Source of the DNA: Stegostoma tigrinum
Lineage: Eukaryota
Reading direction: 5' to 3'
DNA length: 64,000 bases
Assembly: GCF_030684315.1 (NCBI RefSeq)
Contig: NC_081397.1
Coordinates: 10,750,421 to 10,814,420 of the forward strand
This document shows positions 1-11,541 of the stretch, piece after piece. A program made the position numbers and the translations under genes. Position 1 is the first letter of the stretch. Each line of letters starts with the position of its first letter. Under the pieces are notes generated by a model. It saw nothing but the letters and a program-made list of their open reading frames with translations. It did not search any database and was not told where the DNA came from.

Positions 1-81
1 CTGGAAATTGAGATCACCGTGTCTCTGACTCAAACTGCTCGACGCCTGTGGAAATGATCCATTCTGACAGCGGTAACATAC

Positions 82-163
82 CTGCTGTTTGTGAGAAGCA
101 GCTGCTCACACTTGGCTTTGCACCAAGGAAATGATACACTGTCTTGGTCCTTCATGTATTTGC
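82..163 (-). other. Cryptic 82-nt exon, copy A, of an unidentified multicopy cassette
   Basis: Minus strand reads ctcttctgttttaatccAG|GCAAATAC...AACAGCAG|GTATGT. Open in phase 1 (KYMKDQDSVSFPWCKAKCEQLLLTNS). Homologous to 5451, 11542, 18347 and 41388. Confidence 0.55.
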
Positions 164-1744
164 CTGGATTAAAACAGAAGAGAAACATTCTGTAAATCAG
201 CATCAGCCAGGTTTGACAATCTCAAACAGATTAACGTACATTCAGTTGATAATTATTAGGATGTTTCTTTTCTTCAACTTCACCTGACAATGCAGCAGAG
301 CTCCAAAAGCTTGAGATTTTAAAATAAGCCTATTGGACTATCACACAAATCGTGAGACTTCGGCCTTTTCTTTGAAGCCATCAATTCAAACACAGGTCTA
401 ACTCAGCGAGGTCCAGAAACTGAACAATTGCACAGCTGCATCTAAAGGTGCTACCTGAGGATGCTGTAATATTGACACAGTTTGTGTTACCAGATCCCAA
501 CACACTAACTGTTGTAAAGAAGCACAACAGACACTATTTCAAATGTTTTTGCTCGAGACATATAATCTATTGACTCCAATCTGCGTCCTTTACAGGATTC
601 TTATATTTCCACCATCTTGCCTGTGTTTCCACTATTCTTTGCACAATGACGATAAACAGTGTGAAACAGTAGCCAAACAAGCAGCATTTGGGGCAGGGCC
701 ACCAATGGCATGGACTGCTTTTCCCAATAATTCCCAACAACAAACATCAATGGGTCATTCCCTAATTCCCTTCTCTCCCACTGTGAAGAAAGCAACTGGG
801 GCTGTGGGGAAAAGGGCAGAGAATGCTTCAACCTGAGGCGTCGGCCCTTTGTGGAGCAATAATAGAGCTCTTTCCCAGGTCATGTTAATAACTCCCTGCC
901 TCCAGCTATCTCAGAATTGAATGAGCAATGTTCGGGCTGCCCAAGTCGAAGAGACACCAAATGGCTGGCAGCTAAGCTGTTCCTCTAGCCCTGCTGCCTA
1001 TGACTGACACGTGGTTAAACAGAACGAATGAAGAAAGCCTGCTCCAGCATTTAACAAAGACACAATGGTACTTTTGAGAAGAGGTTATTCCGAGGCAAAA
1101 GGGAGCATTGCACAAACAACAGCTGCAAGATTTGTTGGAGACAGTTTGAAGGTTTGCAACAAAGATTGAAGGGGACAGTAAATTCTGCAAGAAACAAACA
1201 GTTGAACTCATGGGATTATGGCTCATAAAAAAATCTACAGAATCAAACAAGTTCATTAAAATTGATAAGCAATTGACTTCAGTCCCTTTAATGAAAGGAT
1301 GTTGTCCCATTAGATGAATATAGTTAGTTAGGACGAGGGGTGTCAATCATCCCAAAGACAGCTGGCCTAGCTAATCATGAAAACAGCAGATAACTCCATC
1401 TTGCAGCAATATTCACGCTATTAAGAAATTGGTTCCAGTTAAAGATCCTTCAGATGGATTTCAATGTAATTCTAAATCTATATATAAGCATTAGGGGAGA
1501 AGATTCAAACATGGGTATGAAAGTTAATTAGTCACCAGAAGGTTTCCTATGTCACTAAAGGAATGCCTGGTGCATCCAATAAGAAGCAAATGGCTCACAA
1601 TTCATTAGCTCCATCAGAGCTAAGAGTAGGGTAAGCATAATGCTTCAAATAAAACTCACTTTAGAATACAATTAATATCATGAATCTCACAGCAAGTCGT
1701 AAGAATCAACTCAGCAATAGTAAGCCCTGCCAATGCTGCAGTTG

Positions 1745-1890
1745 GAGATAACACAATGTGGAGCTGGAGGAACACAGCAGGCCAGGCAGCATCAGAGGTG
1801 CAGGAAAGTTTAAGTTGTGGGTCAGGACTCTTCTTCAGAAGCATCAACTTTCCTGATACTCTGATGCTGCCTGGCCTCCTAGTAGGAGTC
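1745..1890. mobile_element. Fold-back Penelope pLTR-derived short repeat
   Basis: gagctggaggaacacagcaggccaggcagcatcagag is followed by its reverse complement ctctgatgctgcctggcct; same family as the 28610-29718 termini. Confidence 0.7.
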
Positions 1891-1984
1891 AACTGTCTGT
1901 TTTATTATAATTCAGACAGTGGGAAAATAAGAGGAGTAACAGAATTTAATAGAGACACAAAATTAATACAATTGACTGCAGAAT

Positions 1985-2560
1985 TCAAGCTAGCCTGATA
2001 GGTAAGCGATTCTGGGGCATGACTGAAGGTGTACAGCCAGTAACTTTGAAAAGCGAATTAATAGATGCATGGAAAGATCCCATGGCCTGGTGATTACATT
2101 GTCTGTTAAACATTATGTGATTGTGGCGACTCTTGGCCTGGCTAATAGAGGGCCCATCTTCAGTTAGGAGTTTCAAAGGATTTGTTGTATAGAATAAGGG
2201 GAAAGGCACAGTGATCCCGTTGCATTGAATCACTGCAACAAAATGTATAATACTGTATTCCACTGTGAGAATCAGAGTGTCATCAATCGCTTTCCAATCT
2301 GAGCTAAAAATTAATGATGTAACTGCATCTTCAAGAGGGGTGGCTGTGGCCCTCTCCCCGCTTGATCTGGTGACTGGTTGACGAAATACTGCCACGGGCC
2401 TGAATTCTGCCTGCCCCGAGTCTTTGTCCAAGGTCTGGAGTTTCACTCCTGCAGGGAATCAAAGAAGTGGATTGAAAATTTGGCCCATTCAATTTGCTCC
2501 ACTGTTCAATGACAATATCTGATCCAAGTGAGCTGTTAACTATCGTATTCATTCACCTTG
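1985..2560 (-). mobile_element. Possible decayed LTR-retroelement RNase H fragment
   Basis: ORF 1985..2446 contains FRPVAVF and YTTNPLKLLTEDGPSISQA, loosely resembling RT-RNase H motifs (RPVAY; T.H.PL.LL). Weak similarity only. Confidence 0.25.
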
Positions 2561-2679
2561 AAGTTTATCCCATAAGTATTAATTCAATGTTGAAAGAACA
2601 TACAGAGAAATGAAAGAAATGGGACATTCTCACTGAAGCAACACATAAGTATTGGATGACACCCTGTGTCACAGTGGTA

Positions 2680-3030
2680 TCTAGATGGAAGTGGTCGTGG
2701 GCTTGGAAGGCACTGTCTATGGAGCATTGGTGAATTCCAGCTGTGCATCTTCTGGAAGGCACACATTGCTGCTTGAGTATTGGTGTCTGAGGGAATGGAC
2801 GTTTGCGGATGTGGAGCCAATCAAGTGTTTCTCTCCTGGATGGTATCTTGCTTCTGGTGTGTTTGTGAAGCTGCACTCATCCGGGTAAGTGGGGCTAAAC
2901 CATCACATTCCTGACTTGATCACATTAGATGTTGGACAGGATTTGGGGAAGCAGGAGACCAGACACTCACTGCAGGATACCCAGAGTCTGACCTGTCCTT
3001 GCAGTATCTGTATTTATGTACAGAATCAGT
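2680..3030 (-). mobile_element. Decayed Penelope-like (GIY-YIG region) fragment
   Basis: Degenerate sequence resembling a PLE endonuclease region; no intact ORF. Confidence 0.4.
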
Positions 3031-3049
3031 TCGAGCATCACAGCGTCCA

Positions 3050-3790
3050 TGAGTGAAACAGAATGGGAACAGACCCTTTCATCCAACTGGTCTGCAATAG
3101 ATTAACATCCCAATCTGACCTCGTCCCATTTGCCAGCATTTTGCACATATCCCTCTCATGTCGACCTGTTCATCTACCCGTCCAATGGTGTTTAAAACTT
3201 ATCATTGTACCCTCCACAAGGCGTACCTCTGTCAGCTTGTTTCAGACATGCCCCACACTCTGCACTAAAGAAATCTCCCTCAGGTCTCTTTTAACATTGA
3301 CCCTCTCACTGTAAACCTATGCCCTTAAGGTTTCGGCTCCACCACCCGAGAAAAAGAGACCATGGCTATTCACCCTATCCATGCCCCTCATGACTTTATA
3401 AACCTCTACAAGGTCACCCCTCGGTCTCTGACGCTGCAGGGGAGAACGCCCGAGCCTGTTCACCCTCTCCAAACAGTTCACACCATCTGGTCCAGCTAAC
3501 ATCTCTGTAAATATTTGCTGCGCCCTCTCCAGTTCAACAACTTCCTTCCGACAGCAGTTTGGCCAGAACTTTAAGCAGTAAAAGTGGACCCAAAACATTT
3601 CCTGTACAGCCACAACATGACATCTCAACTCCTATTCTCAATGCATTGACCAATGAAGGCAAACACTTGCTTCACCACCTTATCTACTTGCGACTCCACT
3701 TTCAATGAACTACGCACACAAACACCTTGGCGTCTTTGTTGGGGAACACTTCCCACGGCCCTCCTATTAACTGTCAAACCCCTCTCCTGT
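3050..3790 (-). mobile_element. CR1-like LINE 3' fragment
   Basis: ORF 3317..3628 LERAQQIFTEML...RGDLVEVYKVMRGMDRV matches the CR1 ORF2 C-terminus. Confidence 0.85.
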
Positions 3791-3799
3791 TTTGAACAA

Positions 3800-4060
3800 T
3801 GAGAATGTGAGAGTTATTATCATTCTTTTCTTGTCAGTTACTGCAACGTGAACAAGAGCAACTATTAATGTATGCCTTTCCGTTTCTGTTATGTCCATTT
3901 GTGAGTTTAGTAATTGTTGCAAACACCAGTTTTTGCTGTGTGACTGTGAGAGTGAAGTTCTCAATCCAAAATAATCAATTTCTACTCTTGTGCATCAAAA
4001 TAGTTTTATTCTCTGGCCACCAGTGATATTCTGTGACTGTGCTTCAATCTGAGAGAATAG
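3800..4060 (-). repeat. ~49-bp degenerate satellite, reverse orientation
   Basis: Reverse complement contains cacagcaaaaactggtg and acagaaacgg units matching AGCAGAAACTGACAGG. Confidence 0.5.
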
Positions 4061-4599
4061 TTATGAGGGCGTAGAGAGTGAGCCTTAACCCCATTTCCAT
4101 TTGCAGTTTATGAGCTTTCTGTCAGTCTGAGGGGGTAAGGAGGTGGAGAGCAGATTATATTCCCAACAATTTGTGGAAACAGTTGAAGAGTACAAATGTT
4201 CTAGAGCAAGCACAATGGGCTGAATGGCCTGCTTCTGACATGTACTTGGTCTGTATTTCTGAGGCATTTTCATGAATCCAAGTGTTGGATAGTGCGTCAG
4301 TGTAAAGATATCATGTAGAAATGGACAGACAAGCTTATTTTTCTTTTAAAAAAGCTGGCCCTGTGAGTCAGTGTAGGCTGTTTCCAGTTTTACTGAGATA
4401 CTTAGTTTCACTTTGTGTACTGGGATATTGAGTTTTTTTTTCATTTATTTATTTGGAGAATTTTATTCTGTATCTGACAGACCATGCTGCATTCTCTACT
4501 TGTCAGGCTTTGGCAGAGAAAGTGCATTTGCATTTCACATTATTTAATTTCTGTGTCTTTGTATGGGACATCATTCATCAAAAGATAATTTTAGTCCTA

Positions 4600-4830
4600 A
4601 ATAAAAACTCAAAAAACTTCAGGTGCTGCAAGTCAGAAACAAACATGGAATTTGCAGGAAACGCAAAGCAGGTCTGGCAGCACGTGAAGAGAAATCATGG
4701 TTAACTTTTCAAACACTTCCTCAGTTCTGCGCAAAGGTCACTGGATCCGAAACATTATTTCTGATTTCTCTTCACGCATGCTGCCAGGCCTGCTGAGCTT
4801 TTCCAGAAAGTTCTGTTTTTGTTTACTATT
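4600..4830. mobile_element. Fold-back pLTR-derived repeat (second family)
   Basis: gcaggtctggcagca...tgctgccaggcctgc inverted arms with a degenerate hammerhead-like centre (ggtcactggatccgaaac). Confidence 0.65.
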
Positions 4831-4939
4831 TCTGTCCTCAGTCACTGATAAACATCAAAAGTTTCCATCTATATTTGTACTCAATACCTACTCCATATAA
4901 TGGTCATTGTAACAACTTGATCTGTTTGTATCAGACTTA

Positions 4940-5130
4940 AATGGAACTGCAGATGCTGGAGAATCCGAGATAACAAGGTGTGGAGCTGGATGAAGACAGC
5001 AGGCCAAGCAGCATCTCAGGGGCAGGAAAGCTGACATTTTGGGCCTAAAGTTTTCATCAGAAACATCAGCTTTCCTGCTCCTATGATGCTGCTTGGCCTG
5101 TTGTGTTCATCCAGCTCTAAACCTTGTGAT
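4940..5130. mobile_element. Fold-back Penelope pLTR-derived short repeat
   Basis: ggaactgcagatgctggagaatccgagataac...cagcaggccaagcagcatc followed by its inverted copy gatgctgcttggcctg. Confidence 0.75.
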
Positions 5131-5450
5131 CAGGTTGTATACCTGGATTATAACTATAAAAATACCCTCGCTTAATGTGAATTCAATGTAGTTATTGAGA
5201 GTATATTTGTGACATAAATTCAATCTATTCTCTTCAAATGCTGTGAATGACAATGGGCTGTCAAAGATAAACTTTACTGGAACTGGGTTAGTTTATATTG
5301 AGAAGAGGGAAAAAAAGGTTACATTTTGTATTTTGTTGGTGGCATTTGTTCGCTGGTTTAATTGTTTCTTTATGGAAATTGCGTTCAATGCGAGTCTTAC
5401 TTAAACCGCGACTGTGGAAAGCAGTCTCCGCTCTGACAGTGGGAACATAC

Positions 5451-5531
5451 CTGCTGTTAGTAGGAGCAGCTAGTCACACTTGGTGTTGCACCACGGAAAC
5501 GTGACATTGTCTTGACACATCAGATAATTGC
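5451..5531 (-). pseudogene. Cryptic exon 2, copy B (81 nt, in-frame TAG and 1-nt deletion)
   Basis: tttctccAG|GCAATTATCTG...AACAGCAG|GTATGT; aligns to copy A. Confidence 0.55.
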
Positions 5532-6147
5532 CTGGAGAAAGACAAAAGAGAATTCTCCCGTAAATCGACATCTACCGAGTTTCAAAATATCAAAGCTCAT
5601 CAATAGAAAATTTCGTGAATACTCATGATAATTCCTTGTTTTAAAGCCAACGAGTCGAACAGAAAAGGGTCCGGTTACACAACTAACCCGGGTTCCTCCT
5701 CTTTCTTTTAGCGAAATTCTAAAACAATTTACTAAGATACAAAAGCTAACCAGATCCACGAATGGAATGCTGACACGGTTCAATATCCAGCTCCCAATAC
5801 ACGAACTATTGAAGGGAAGCACAACAGGCACGATTTCAAATATTTTGCTGGAAACTCTTAATCCGGTGACTGCCATGTTTCTCCTTCGCGGGATGAGCCC
5901 GTTTGCACACACTGCTTTGTTTTATTCACGGTTCAATGCAAACTCGCAACTAACAGCGTGAAACAGCAGCCAAACAATGAATTTCCATCAGTGTTTAGAA
6001 GACTAAAAGCTACAAGCCTGACCCCCAGCAGCAGCTTCTTGCCGCTGCGTCTCCCTCAGCAGGCCCACACACAGCCCGAGAAAGGCCTCCCTCTCCCCGC
6101 CCCCAGGCCGCTCACTCCAAGTTCCGGGACCAGTTCCTGCTCCGCTC

Positions 6148-6238
6148 TCTGATAAAGGGTCTCGGCCCGAAACGTCAGCTTTTGTGCTCCTGAGATGCTG
6201 CTTGGCCTGCTGTGCTCATCCAGCCTCACATTTTATTA
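6148..6238 (+). mobile_element. Solo Penelope pLTR insertion with 13-bp TSD
   Basis: TCCTGCTCCGCTC at 6135-6147 and 6239-6251; the paralogous site near 10845 is empty. Confidence 0.85.
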
Positions 6239-6337
6239 TCCTGCTCCGCTCGGCCTCTTACCAACAGTCCCCGGGTCTCCCTGAACTGAGCCCGAATCAA
6301 TGCCGGTCTCGGAGCCCACTCTGTGTCCCAGACTCAC

Positions 6338-6401
6338 ATCTCGATGCGCTGCTGGAAGGAGCCTGCTGTTCCCTCGCTTCCCTGGGCGCTGGTCTCTCCA
6401 T
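6338..6401 (-). other. Cryptic exon 1 coding part, copy B (MERPAPREAREQQAPSSSASR + 1 nt)
   Basis: gccgcaATGG start context, ends AT|GTGAGT. Phase-1 donor compatible with the phase-1 exon 2. Confidence 0.5.
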
Positions 6402-6475
6402 TGCGGCCTGTTTCAAACAAACCTCTTCCACTCACTGACTCAATGCCCCTCAATAGCGGCTCAGCGGAAAGCTTC

Positions 6476-6542
6476 ACGCATGCGCTCCTCTGGTCAGCAA
6501 CAAGCAGCTTTTTGGTGGGCATAGCAAGGATCACGCATGCGC
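6476..6542 (-). promoter_or_regulatory. Two NRF1-type sites (GCGCATGCGT) upstream of cryptic exon 1
   Basis: ACGCATGCGC at 6476-6485 and 6533-6542 in CpG-rich sequence. Confidence 0.6.
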
Positions 6543-6929
6543 TGCTTTCCCCGCTGTGTCCCAGAAACAAACATCAATTGGTTACTTCCCCAATTCCCTT
6601 TCCTCCCAGTTTAAGCAAAGCGAATGGAGGCTGTGGGGGAAATGGCATAAAGTGTTTCAAACTGGGGCATTGGCCCTTTGTGAAGCTCCAATGGAGCTCA
6701 TTCCCGGGTCATGTTAATATCTGCCTCCCCCCGGCTTGCTCACAATCTGGTGGGGAAGCGGAGAAGCTGGCAGCCGTTCGGCCCATTTAATATTCTCCAC
6801 TATTCAATAAAATCACGTCTGATCTCATGTTAACTGTGATATTTAATTCTGCTGGCCTTCGTCCCATATTGACTCACAGAGCGATGGAATAAATGCGACA
6901 TTATGACGAAGGCAGAATGTAACTGCTGT

Positions 6930-7450
6930 GGGGAGTCTTGCAGCGCAGAGGTAGTTTCCCTATTTCTGGGTCAGGTGGGCCGTGCTAAAGCCACACCCGG
7001 ACCAGAGGAGTGTAATAATATCCCTGGGCCCGATGCAAATACCAGTTTGGAATTGATGACTGATTTTATTCTCAGTATGCTGCAGGCAGAAACCTTGTGA
7101 TGAATGGGTTACCGCAACGAATGACCCACCTGTTTTTTCTGGTTTGCGCATTCCTGGGAAGAGGACGTCTCTGGCTTGGTCCAGCATTTATTGCGCGTCC
7201 CTAGTTTCCCCCGTTGAGAAGTTGGTGCTGAGCCACCTTCTAAAATAGTTCTGGTCCATGTGCTGCCCACATTGCAGTTCGCAGGTAGATCCAGGGTCTT
7301 GATTTTTAGACAGTGAAGGCAAGGGGACGTATTTCCAAGTTAGGATTGTGGGTGATTGGAGGGGAACGTGGCTAGTATCAAGGTGGTGTTCCTCCACATC
7401 AACTGCCCAAGCCCTTTCAAATGGATATATTCGTGAGTATGGATGGTGGT
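6930..7450. mobile_element. Decayed SINE / LINE-tail fragments
   Basis: tRNA-like head gcagcgcagaggtagtttcc at ~6940 and ccagcatttattgc...gagccaccttc tail-like sequence at ~7180. Confidence 0.4.
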
Positions 7451-7499
7451 CTTTTTACAGTCTACAAAACTGTCATTTTAGAGGGCTATTTAACACCGT

Positions 7500-8070
7500 T
7501 TTTGAAATTTGAGAAGAGATTCACTAGTATTTGCAGAGTATGTAAGGCTCGAGTCATATAGAAAGGATGGATAGGGGTCAAGATCCATAACGTTTCCTGT
7601 CCCTAAGATGCTGCTTGACCTGCTGGGTTCATTCAGTTCCACACCGTGTTTTCATGGATAGGCTGGGGCTTTTTTTCACTGGAGAGTAGGATGTTGAGAA
7701 GTCACCTTCTCACAGTTTGTAAAATACTGATGGGGTGAGACAGAGTTAATGGTCGTTGAACTTTGTTTGGGATGGAGGGAATAGAAAACCAGGGCGGACA
7801 TTTTAATGTTACAGGCGAGAGATTGAAAAAAAAAGACACGAGGGGCGTTTTTTAAACATAGAACACGGAAGGATGTGGAATAAACTACCTGTCGAAATGG
7901 TCGACGTGGCTATAATGACATTAAAACGACATTTGGAGAAGTGCATAAACACGACAGTTTTGAAAAGAAATAGGTCAGGGACAGGTAGATGGAACGAATT
8001 CAATTTGGTATTATACTCGGCCTCTACTGATTGGACTGAACGGTCTGTATCCTCACTGTATGACTCTGTG
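7500..8070 (+). mobile_element. Old CR1 3' fragment interrupted by a pLTR piece
   Basis: ggataggctggggctttttttcactggagagtaggatgttgaga is CR1 C-terminal sequence; an inverted paralogue lies at ~31690-32240. Confidence 0.7.
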
Positions 8071-8531
8071 GGAGAAAAAAAAAACAGAGACAAGCCATTG
8101 AGTTGGATGATCTGCCATTTTCATGGTGAGTGGGAGGAGAGGTGTGAAGGGCTGATGGGTGTTATTTGCCCAGTTGCTATTCTTTACGTTTATATGAGTG
8201 TGATTCCCAGAAACGATGTTGAGTATTGTCACTGCAATTGAAAAAAAAACTGATCTCGGTGATCAATGTAACTTCAAACCAGATGATTGGCTCTTGCAGC
8301 TGAATATGCAGCAGAACGAATCTCCGGCGCACAGACCTCGGAGAGTTTCACAATGACTGAGGAGAAAAACTACAACTAATTCCCTGGGTACCGGAGCACA
8401 GGCTGAAAGGGGGAGAAAGTACATCCTCCCACAGGTACATTTAGAGATATTTCTGCCCTGTGACTGTATGGATGTGAATATTGAGTCAGAGAGACTGTAG
8501 GAAAAGGGCGGGCGGGTTAGTCACACGTAAA

Positions 8532-8958
8532 TGTGCTTGTGTGTCCGCTCATATCATGATATTTCCACGTCTCTCTTGTGCAAATCAAAAAGATTTTCAT
8601 TTCAAATCATCCCCCTGCTCCTCCACTAAACCTCAAAGATAGAATTCAAGGCAATATATTTGTTGATTTCAAGATTTCAGTCTAAAAATGATGATAATGC
8701 CAGCGCTCAGCTCAGACAGCGCGATCAGTGCAGCAGCAAAATGCGGTAAAATCGACTACGGAGCCGTCAATTCGAGTGAAAACCTTTCAGCCGCAAACCT
8801 TCCCGTGTCAGGGTCAGGAACGATCGAGCCTGGCTCTCTGGAGATGCGGAATTGCAGAGGAATTGGAGAGTTTCTGCCGAGAGAGAAACACAGACAGGCA
8901 GCAGGAGCAGGGAGCTGAGGGCAGGTTGTCTCCGCGCCGTCCGCTCGCTGCCTTTAAG
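8532..8958 (+). promoter_or_regulatory. H1 promoter: TG box, AC (H1) box, CGTCCGC, TATA-like
   Basis: TGTGCTT 8532-8538, AAACACA 8886-8892, CGTCCGC 8938-8944, TTTAAG 8953-8958. Confidence 0.75.
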
Positions 8959-9038
8959 TTGCTCAGTGCCGCCACCAGCAGCTTCATTGCTGACCCAGTT
9001 CAGTCTGACAGAGAGAGATTCAGCGCAGAGTTCCCGAC

Positions 9039-9677
9039 ATGAGCGACAGTGCAGCCGCCGAAACGGCTCCTCCAGCCTCCGGCAGCACCAAACCCAAGTC
9101 TCCAAAGAAGAAGAAGGCGGCGGCTCCCAGGAAGAAACCAGCCGGTCCCGGGTTGGGCGAGCGGATTGTGAAGATTGTCGGGGAGAACAGCGATCGGAAG
9201 GGGACGTCTCTGGTCGCTATAAAGAAGGCGCTGCAGAGAAGCGGGGTCAATGTGGAGAAGCAAAATGCACAAATCAGGATGGCGACCAAGAGGTGCCTGG
9301 CGAAAGGCTCCCTGGTTCTGGTGAAGGGCCAGGGCGTCTCCGGCTCCTTCAAACTCGCAAAGAATCCAGTCAAGGCAAAAGTGGGAAAGAAGGCGAGACC
9401 AGCAGCAGCCGCCAAGAAAGCAGCCGTGAAGAAAACAACGGCCAAGAAGGTGGCAGCGAAGAAGTCCCCAGCCAAGAAAGCAACCGGCAAGAAAGCGGGC
9501 GGCAAGAAGGCAGCAACGCCGAAGAAACCGGCGAAGAAAGCAGCGCCGAAGAAAAAGACTCCCGTGAAGAAGGTGATAAAGACCAAGAGCCCCAAGGCCG
9601 CAAAGCCGGCCCCGAAATCGAGGAAACCGAAGGCCAAGCCCAAAGCGAAAGTGACCAAGAAAGCAGCAAAGAAATGA
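9039..9677 (+). CDS. H1: Histone H1, replication-dependent type, 212 aa
   Basis: Globular domain GTSLVAIKKAL...VKGQGVSGSFKL, K/A/P-rich tail, intronless, downstream stem-loop. Confidence 0.97.
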   Translation: MSDSAAAETAPPASGSTKPKSPKKKKAAAPRKKPAGPGLGERIVKIVGENSDRKGTSLVAIKKALQRSGVNVEKQNAQIRMATKRCLAKGSLVLVKGQGVSGSFKLAKNPVKAKVGKKARPAAAAKKAAVKKTTAKKVAAKKSPAKKATGKKAGGKKAATPKKPAKKAAPKKKTPVKKVIKTKSPKAAKPAPKSRKPKAKPKAKVTKKAAKK

Positions 9678-9713
9678 AGCAGTCCGTGTAACATGTAACA
9701 AACTGAACCCAAA

Positions 9714-9750
9714 GGCTCTTCTCAGAGCCGCCACATCTTTCAGGAGAGAG
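9714..9750 (+). terminator. Histone 3' stem-loop and HDE
   Basis: GGCTCT-TCTC-AGAGCC 9714-9729; purine-rich CAGGAGAGAG 9741-9750. Confidence 0.93.
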
Positions 9751-9775
9751 CTGAGCCTGGATCGAATGATCCCTG

Positions 9776-9958
9776 AAATAACATGGTGCAGAGCTGGATG
9801 ACCATAACAGGCCAAGCAGCATCAGAGGAGCAGGAAAGCTGACGTTTCAGGCCCAGATCCTTCTTCCTGCTTCTCTGGTGCTGCTTGGCTTGCTCTGTCC
9901 ATCCGACTCTACACCTTGTTATTTCAGATTGTCCAGCATCTGCAATTCCGTCTATCTC
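9776..9958. mobile_element. Fold-back pLTR insertion with 14-bp TSD
   Basis: TCGAATGATCCCTG 9762-9775 and TCAAATGATCCCTG 9959-9972; absent from the paralogous H1 flank at ~30030. Confidence 0.85.
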
Positions 9959-10604
9959 TCAAATGATCCCTGTCCCGGATCCGAGTGCAGACACAGCATA
10001 AACTTGAATTGATTCGAGTAACTTAAATATCACATTTCCGAGAGCAGAAACTGAGAATGGGGATGGTATCACATGGGGAGAGTCACTGGAACTGCATCTG
10101 GCTATTTCATACCGCGACTTGTAATTCTGCCCAGACACAAATCTTACATAATGCAGGAAATGCATCTCATTAACCCTTCCAGGAATGTTAATTTGTTTAA
10201 TTTTGATGATAGGACCTCTGGCGATGTTTTAACGGTGTATTCCTCCCATTTACCTGCGAAAGACATTTCAGGCAGTAATTACAAATTGTGTTCGGAATGT
10301 TTACAATCTGGGAGAAATAAACATGTCCCGAAAAAAAGGGATTTTGCAATTAATCTCTTTGAAGATGTTTAATTCGGCGTGTTTGATAAGATTGATTACC
10401 CACGGTTACACGGCTGGTTGATCAGTTTGCCTGGGCTGTATCAATATCCGCGCTTCCCTCCTGCCTGTTGCAGACAGATCAGGCAATGATCCCGTGTCCT
10501 GTCCGCGCTGTGGGCAAGGTCGGTTTCAAGCAAATTGGTGTGTTAGCAGCGCAGGGGTGTTCCTTACTCCCAAACCACCAAGACGCCGGCAGCCGATGAA
10601 AGGA

Positions 10605-10753
10605 GCGCATGCGTGAGACCCTCCCCCAGTGATGGCATTGAGGAGTGTTGACTCAGTGAATGGAAGAGGTTTGTTTGAAACAGGCCGCAATGGAGAGACC
10701 AGCGCCCAGGGAAGCGAGGGAACAGCAGGCTCCTTCCAGCAGCGCATCGAGAT
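10605..10753 (+). other. NRF1 site and cryptic exon 1, copy C
   Basis: GCGCATGCGT 10605-10614; ATG 10690; same 64-nt coding segment as copy B; donor GTGATT. Confidence 0.5.
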
Positions 10754-11541
10754 GTGATTCTGGGACACAGAAGGGGCTCCGAGACCGGCACTGATTCGCG
10801 CTCAGTTCAGGGAGAACCGGGGGCTGTTGGTCAGAGGCGGAGGGGAGCAGGAACTGGTCCCGGAACTTGGAGTGAGCGGCCTGGGGGCGGGGAGAGAGAG
10901 GCCTTTCTCGGGCTGTGTGTGGGCCTGCGGATGGAGACACAGCGGCAAGAAGCTGCTGCTGGGGATCAGTCTTGTAGCTTTTAGTCTTCTAAACACTGAT
11001 GGAAATTCATTGTTTGGCTGCTGTTTCACGCTGTTAGTTGCCAGTTGTGGGGCTTCCGATAAAGGACGTAGATTGGAGTTAACAGATTATACGTCTCGGG
11101 GGGAAAAAACACATTTGAAACAGCGGCTGCTGTTCTTTTCAACAGTGTGTTGGGATCTGGTAACATGAGCTGTGTCAACAGTGTAGCATCTTCAGGTCGC
11201 ACCTCAGATGGAGCTTTGCAATTATTGCTCAGTTTCTGAATCTCACTCCGTTGGTATCGAATTACATATTTGAAAAACAATTCCTCAGACAAGGAGCAGC
11301 TCGATGTAAGAATGGAATCAGACTTGTGTTTGAATTGATGCCCTTTAAAGAAAAGACTGTGTCAAGAGAATTCTATGCTGTGGTCCAACAGGTTTATTTT
11401 GGAGTTCTGTTGCTTTGGGAGGTGAAGTTCAAGAAACGAAACACCCTAAAAACTGTTCACTGAATATATGTTAATCTGATTGATATTGTCAAATTTGGCT
11501 GATGTTGATTTACAGGAGATAACTCTTCTGTCTTCCTCCAG

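Noticed and set aside
960-1700. Possible gag-like or integrase relic
   Set aside because: Multiple stops in all frames and no diagnostic motif I can defend.
6930-7010. tRNA gene
   Set aside because: Only a degenerate SINE-like head; no cloverleaf or intact B box.
8852-9822. Long alternative-frame and antisense ORFs (230-279 aa) over the first H1
   Set aside because: By-products of GC-rich, AAG/GCC-repetitive H1 coding sequence; no independent signals.
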